This document shows, in pieces, positions 59,318-64,000 of a stretch of DNA of 64,000 nucleotides (the first letter of the stretch is position 1; each line of letters starts with the position of its first letter). The notes below the pieces were generated by a model. That model was given only the letters and a program-made list of their open reading frames with translations. It was not told the origin of the DNA and searched no databases. The translations under genes were made by a program, and so were the position numbers. The stretch lies in the NCBI GenBank assembly GCA_035562555.1, contig DATMWK010000068.1, forward strand, positions 17,319-81,318, in the 5' to 3' direction. Source of the DNA: Nitrososphaera sp. (GTDB lineage: Archaea; Thermoproteota; Nitrososphaeria; Nitrososphaerales; Nitrososphaeraceae).

Positions 59318-60016
59318 ATGCATGGTATCTTCATAACAGGGACAAGCACAGGAGTGGGCAAGACGGCAGTGGCTGCGGGACTGGCCTGGGCCCTGAGAAA
59401 GCAAGATATAGATGTTGGCATCATGAAGCCTTTTGCAACTGGAAGCAGAGTTTTTTCAAAAAAATACCAGTCTCAGGACACCGCAATACTTGCAAAGGCC
59501 TCCGGGGTAAATGATCCTGATTCCAGTCTCAATCCTTTTTTCTACTCGATAGCAGCTTCACCTCTAGTAGCTTCGGAGCTAAAGTACGGTACACCAGTTG
59601 ATATCAAAACGGCCGCGCGCCAGTTGAAAAAGCTTGGAAGAAAACACGAATTTCTAATTGCCGAAGGTATTGGAGGCATCATGGTTCCGTTGACTGAAAA
59701 TGAATCTGTTGCAGGTTTTATAAAGCAGGTAGATATGCCTATACTTATTGTCACTACAGCTAAACTTGGTACCCTTAACCACACTTTACTCACCGTAATG
59801 GCCTGTAAAAAATTTGGACTTAAAATTGCAGGAATAATTTTGAATAAAATGCCTAAGAAGCCTACTATAGTAGAGAAAAAGTCAGCAGAAGTTATTGAGA
59901 GGCTTACACATTTCAAAGTGTTAGCTCTAATTCCTCTCTTACAAAGGGAAAATTATGCTACTATTGGTAAGGTGCTAGAACATGATATGGACCTTGACAA
60001 ATTATTGTCCTTGTAG
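59318..60016 (+). CDS. bioD: Dethiobiotin synthetase
   Basis: 232 aa from the ATG at 59318. P-loop ITGTSTGVGKT, then EGIGG..VPL. Divergent from bioA. Confidence 0.88.
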   Translation: MHGIFITGTSTGVGKTAVAAGLAWALRKQDIDVGIMKPFATGSRVFSKKYQSQDTAILAKASGVNDPDSSLNPFFYSIAASPLVASELKYGTPVDIKTAARQLKKLGRKHEFLIAEGIGGIMVPLTENESVAGFIKQVDMPILIVTTAKLGTLNHTLLTVMACKKFGLKIAGIILNKMPKKPTIVEKKSAEVIERLTHFKVLALIPLLQRENYATIGKVLEHDMDLDKLLSL

Positions 60017-60559
60017 GAGCTTGAGTCCACGATCTCCCTTGTTAACAAGGAACGCATTGATATCTGAAATGATCCTCGAGTACGGAAATTCTTTTGAACT
60101 AATATAATAATTTTTATGATCTCCATCTAGTCGTCTAGCTGATACGATCCAAATATTTGCATCGTGAGGCTGCACGGACTTGGCATGCTTTATCTTTGTG
60201 AGCTCTAAATCACTTTTTATTATTTGGATGACTAGAGTTTTTTCCGGGCGTTTGCCCAGCATTTTTAATGAAGGAATAACTAAATCCAATTCTGAGCCTT
60301 TCCAGTGGATCTTTCTCTCAGAAGGTAGTAGCGAAACAGTGAGCATGAAATGTAACAATGCTTCACATAAATTTCCGAGCAACTCGCCATCCAATTCATT
60401 ACCCATCCTATTTTTACATTCTTCAAGGATCTCATTACAGCATCTTTCCGACATTTCAATCTCGCTAATGACTTCCATTCGGATTTTTTCTTTGCCAATT
60501 TTATCTATGCTGGAATATAGGACGTCTTTAATATATGCACTCACAGATAATGCATGCAA
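60002..60559 (-). CDS. Hypothetical protein
   Basis: 185-aa ORF with a TTG start, so the start is uncertain. No confident motif. Its 3' end overlaps bioD by 15 nt. Confidence 0.35.
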   Translation of the reverse strand: MHALSVSAYIKDVLYSSIDKIGKEKIRMEVISEIEMSERCCNEILEECKNRMGNELDGELLGNLCEALLHFMLTVSLLPSERKIHWKGSELDLVIPSLKMLGKRPEKTLVIQIIKSDLELTKIKHAKSVQPHDANIWIVSARRLDGDHKNYYISSKEFPYSRIISDINAFLVNKGDRGLKLLQGQ

Positions 60560-60599
60560 GCTACGTTTATTAAATCTCTGTCATACAAAGTATCTATAT

Positions 60600-61028
60600 A
60601 TGAGTAAGAGGATTGCTACCGGTCTCCTTATTGCCTCTCTCATACTCCTGTTAGTCTACGGAGCCGATGTTGCAGTTGCCGCATCCTCTCAAGACAGAGA
60701 GGGCTTCTTACCCTTTAACGAGGCAGTTAGAGGCGGGGCCTTTGGGGGGAGTGCAGTTATAATGTCAATAATTGCATTCGTTATCGCTCGCAAGGAGTAT
60801 GCCCCAACTGTTTCGGCACTCTTGTTCGTTAATGGGGGCCTCATCATTGCAGGTATGATTGCCCTTGTTGCACAGGGCGCACTTGCATCCGATGATTCCT
60901 CAGGCGCAATGCGGACGATCGGCTCTACAATAGTGATGGGGGGAATACTGGTGGGGCTCGGAATATGGAAGCTTGTAGCAGATAGAAAAGTACTTGCTAC
61001 GAGGAGAAAAGAGCCGGCTCAGAAATAA
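60600..61028 (+). CDS. Small integral membrane protein
   Basis: 142 aa from the ATG at 60600. About four hydrophobic helices and a basic C-terminus. The longer track ORF starting at 60180 is antisense to the previous gene and is unlikely. Confidence 0.5.
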   Translation: MSKRIATGLLIASLILLLVYGADVAVAASSQDREGFLPFNEAVRGGAFGGSAVIMSIIAFVIARKEYAPTVSALLFVNGGLIIAGMIALVAQGALASDDSSGAMRTIGSTIVMGGILVGLGIWKLVADRKVLATRRKEPAQK

Positions 61029-61228
61029 TAAAGTGCTTCATTCGCCACTTCGTGCATGATTGATTTTAAAAGTAAAGCATAACGGCTACTAAAGTTGTCT
61101 GAAATATGGTGGCTTACTCGGCCTTGCCTTTGGCCTTTACTACCCATCAAAGAAGATCACCTGGACCAAATTTGCCTACTGCCCAGTAAGTAATATTTTA
61201 TACAATCGTCGCGAGCTTTACTGGTGTT

Positions 61229-61912
61229 ATGAAGACAGTAATTCTTGCTGGCGGTTTAGGAAAACGGCTAAAACCCCTTACCGATACGAGACCTAAGCCC
61301 ATGATACAAGTCCTAAATGTTCCAATAATCGAATGGCAGGTAAGATGGCTTCGAAAATTTGGCATAAAAGATTTTGTCATGTGCGTGGGATATAAAAAGG
61401 AGCAGATAATTGACCATATTGGCAATGGCGCTAAATTTGATTCCCGAATTGACTACTCATTTGAGGAAAAGGCACTGGGAACGGGCGGCGCACTATTCAA
61501 TGCAAAGGAGCTTTTAGCTGACCAAGATTCATTTTTCGTGTTAAATGGAGATATTATCACAGAGCTTGACCCAAACAGGTTGAATGTTAGAAATTCAAAT
61601 GTCCTTGCAGTTGTTCCTCTTCGTAGCCCATTTGGAGTAGTTGAAATTGACGTGAATTCAAGAGTTCGGGGATTCACTGAAAAGCCAGAAATTCCTGACA
61701 TTTGGATAAACGCTGGCTTGTATCGCTTCACTCAAGAGATTTTTAGCTATCTACCTACCGAAGGTAACATTGAAGTTACTGCTCTGCCTGCACTAGCAAA
61801 ACAAGGAAGGCTTCAGGCTGTGAGATACAAAGATGTTTTCTGGCGTTCGATTGATTCTCACAAGGATATCGACGAAGCATCGAAAGAGATGAAGGAAGCA
61901 AAGAGATCATGA
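61229..61912 (+). CDS. Sugar-phosphate nucleotidyltransferase
   Basis: 227 aa. N-terminal ILAGGLGKRLKPLTDTRPKPM signature of the NTP_transferase family. Confidence 0.85.
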   Translation: MKTVILAGGLGKRLKPLTDTRPKPMIQVLNVPIIEWQVRWLRKFGIKDFVMCVGYKKEQIIDHIGNGAKFDSRIDYSFEEKALGTGGALFNAKELLADQDSFFVLNGDIITELDPNRLNVRNSNVLAVVPLRSPFGVVEIDVNSRVRGFTEKPEIPDIWINAGLYRFTQEIFSYLPTEGNIEVTALPALAKQGRLQAVRYKDVFWRSIDSHKDIDEASKEMKEAKRS

Positions 61913-62889
61913 CTGTGAAAAAGGTGGCATACAGTCTTGGTCCACTACTGTCCATACACGACATGCTTCTATGCGCCAAGCTGGCTGATCAACAAGCAAA
62001 TGTTGATTCTTTATGGTTTCCCGAATCTTGGGGACGAGAGTCATTTTCAACACTTGGGGCCGTCTCTCAGTTCACTAAAAAGGTACGGCTTGGGACATCG
62101 ATTGTTAACATTTATTCAAGGACGCCTGCAACTATCGCAATGGGAGCCACCACTCTTGACATGCTCTCAAATAATAGGATAATTATCGGTCTTGGAGCAA
62201 GTACTGCAGCTATTGTTGAAAACTGGCATGGTCTACAGTTCAAAAAGCCTGTTAGCCGTATGAAAGAGTACATTCATTGTCTAAGACTCATAAATAGGGG
62301 GGAAAAGGTAAATTATGATGGAGAATTTTTCAAAATAAAGGATTTCAAAATATTGCACAAGCCGCAGAGGACGCATATCCCAATCTTTGCTGCCGCTGTA
62401 AACAAAAAAATGGTCTCTATGGTATCTGACCTAGCAGATGGTATATTATTGTATTTGAGGCCGTTTGAAGAATTGAAAAGGACAGTAGGCGGATTGAAAC
62501 AGACCACGAAAGGAAAAGATTTTGAAATTGCTTGCTCGTTTATATGCGCGGTATCGAATAAAGAGCCGGCAAAAGCCCGACATCGAGCAGCGAGAACCCT
62601 TGCGTTTTATGTTGCAGTTGGAAAGTACTATAGCAGGTTTCTTGCGGAGAATGGCTTCAAGACTGAAGTTGAGGAGATAAGCGCAGAGTATAGAAAAACA
62701 GGTGCAGACAGTGCGGCAAAATTTGTTTCTGATAGGATGCTTAACTCACTTGTAATTTGCGGTAGTGGCGAAGACTGTAGAGAAGCACTTTCAAAATTCC
62801 TCTCAACAGGAATTACTCTGCCTATTCTCCAGTTTAACCCCATTGGCAAGTCAGAAACTTCGTTTAAGGAGATGCTATCAACCTTCTAA
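61909..62889 (+). CDS. Luciferase-like (LLM class) flavin/F420-dependent oxidoreductase
   Basis: 326 aa TIM-barrel LLM pattern (FPESWGRE, LGTSI.NIYSRTP, GLGAS). ATGA start/stop overlap with the upstream gene. Confidence 0.82.
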   Translation: MTVKKVAYSLGPLLSIHDMLLCAKLADQQANVDSLWFPESWGRESFSTLGAVSQFTKKVRLGTSIVNIYSRTPATIAMGATTLDMLSNNRIIIGLGASTAAIVENWHGLQFKKPVSRMKEYIHCLRLINRGEKVNYDGEFFKIKDFKILHKPQRTHIPIFAAAVNKKMVSMVSDLADGILLYLRPFEELKRTVGGLKQTTKGKDFEIACSFICAVSNKEPAKARHRAARTLAFYVAVGKYYSRFLAENGFKTEVEEISAEYRKTGADSAAKFVSDRMLNSLVICGSGEDCREALSKFLSTGITLPILQFNPIGKSETSFKEMLSTF

Positions 62890-62890
62890 A

Positions 62891-63991
62891 ATGCGCAACG
62901 TAGCAGTGTGCTCATGGGCAACATCAACATTTACCAAAGGCTCAAAGCTGTCTTTATTTGAGCTGGCTTGCGAGCCTTCCATACAGTTGTTAAGGCAGAG
63001 CGGCATGTCTGCAAAGGAAATTGATGCTGTCTTGTTTTCTAGCTGTGCGACTGACCAATACAGTTCTGCGATAATATCTGAAATGCTTGGCATACATCCA
63101 AGAATTTCACATCGCGTAGACAACCTCTGCAATTCTGGCACGAACGCTGTGGCTTCTGCTTTTGCATTTATTGCGTCAGGCTTATGCAATACGGTACTTG
63201 TGGTTGGCGCAGAAAAGGTAGATAGCCCTGGTAACAGGTTGTTATGGGACGTCACTAGAGGCTCTTTCATGTTTCCAATACACTGGGCCGCAGTATTTGC
63301 TAAAGCCCATATGAAGAAATACGGCACAACTGAAGAACAGATGGCTATGGTTTCTGTTAAGAACCATAAAAACGCCACCAAAAATCCTCTCGCCCTTTTT
63401 AGAAAGGAAATTGCCTTACAAGACGTGATGAATTCAAAAAAGATAGCTCCTCCTATCAAGCTACTAGACTGTTCTGCCCCATGCGAGGGTGCATCTGCAA
63501 TACTATTAGTAGCCGAAGAAAAAGCACGCAGACTCAACAACGCTGTCTTCATAAAAGGAATTGGTCAACAAACAACCTCCGCCAGCTTTGCAAAAGCAAC
63601 ATCTGACCTAACAACAATTGAGGCAGCCAAGCGAGCCGCTCGTACCGCTTTTGAAATGTCGCATACAAAGCTGTCGCAAATAGATGTGGCAGAACTGCAT
63701 GACGCATTTACAATTCTTGAAATCTTAGCATATGAAGACCTTGGGTTTGCAAAGAAGGGCGAAGGAGGAAAATTTGTAGACCAAGAGCAAATAGCGATAA
63801 GCCCTAGAGGAGGATTAATTGGATGCGGCCATCCTGTTGGAGCGACTGGCGTGGCACAAGTTGCCGAGATCGCTTCTCAGCTTGCTGGAAAAGCGGGAAA
63901 CAGGCAAGTAAAGAACTGCAAGACAGGGCTTGTGCATAATCTAGCCGCAGCCGGCTCTTCAGCGTCAATAATCGTCATGGGCGTGGAATGA
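62891..63991 (+). CDS. Thiolase-domain protein (archaeal acetyl-CoA acetyltransferase type)
   Basis: 366 aa from the ATG at 62891. Active-site region NLCNSGTNAV and C-terminal GCGHPVGATG...HNLAAAGS. An ATGA overlap at 63988 starts a further gene that is cut by the window end. Confidence 0.88.
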   Translation: MRNVAVCSWATSTFTKGSKLSLFELACEPSIQLLRQSGMSAKEIDAVLFSSCATDQYSSAIISEMLGIHPRISHRVDNLCNSGTNAVASAFAFIASGLCNTVLVVGAEKVDSPGNRLLWDVTRGSFMFPIHWAAVFAKAHMKKYGTTEEQMAMVSVKNHKNATKNPLALFRKEIALQDVMNSKKIAPPIKLLDCSAPCEGASAILLVAEEKARRLNNAVFIKGIGQQTTSASFAKATSDLTTIEAAKRAARTAFEMSHTKLSQIDVAELHDAFTILEILAYEDLGFAKKGEGGKFVDQEQIAISPRGGLIGCGHPVGATGVAQVAEIASQLAGKAGNRQVKNCKTGLVHNLAAAGSSASIIVMGVE

Positions 63992-64000
63992 TCACTTGCA

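Noticed and set aside
1-64000. CRISPR arrays, rRNA genes, transposases, prophage or defence-island signatures
   Set aside because: I found no regularly spaced repeats, no rRNA-like sequence and no cas, transposase, restriction-modification or toxin-antitoxin motifs in any translated ORF. The window appears to be core chromosome apart from the single recombinase.

Overview
This 64 kb window looks like a housekeeping chromosomal segment of a thaumarchaeon (Nitrososphaeria, ammonia-oxidiser-like). All calls rest on motif recognition in the ORF translations and on reading the DNA; no database search was possible.

Lineage evidence:
- Archaeal information-processing genes: TFB, Rpo7/RpoE', Spt4, aEF-1beta, eS30, uL16 (L10e), Alba, Pth2, EndA, CDC48 and a DRG GTPase.
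- An ESCRT-III/CdvB division gene.
- Membrane-anchored plastocyanin-like cupredoxins and heme O synthase.

Metabolic content:
- NAD de novo synthesis (nadC, nadA, nadX) and biotin synthesis (bioF, bioB, bioA, bioD).
- ilvD, thrC, a TrpE/PabB-like enzyme, pgk, geranylgeranyl reductase and a thiolase.
- A five-gene Opp/Dpp-type ABC transporter.

One RNA gene was found: tRNA-Glu(CUC), interrupted by a 34-nt intron in the T-loop. I found no rRNA, CRISPR array or transposase. The only mobile-element-type gene is a small serine recombinase lying inside the biotin cluster.

Observations most worth follow-up:
1. Two near-identical perfect palindromes (TCTAAAYTCGARTTTAGA) bracket bioB-bioF exactly. They lie next to the serine recombinase and next to an uncharacterised basic 109-aa ORF. 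They could be an operator, recombination sites or RNA hairpins.
2. The T-loop-intron tRNA lies 2.4 kb from an EndA homologue that seems to lack the catalytic His.
3. An exosortase/archaeosortase-like membrane protein has Ser where the catalytic Cys is expected.
4. A PRC-barrel-like protein ends in a textbook C2H2 zinc finger.
5. Three coding deserts of more than 1 kb (1-1329, 12585-14022, 46007-47707) have unknown content.

None of these is a demonstrated new system. All functional interpretations are inference.
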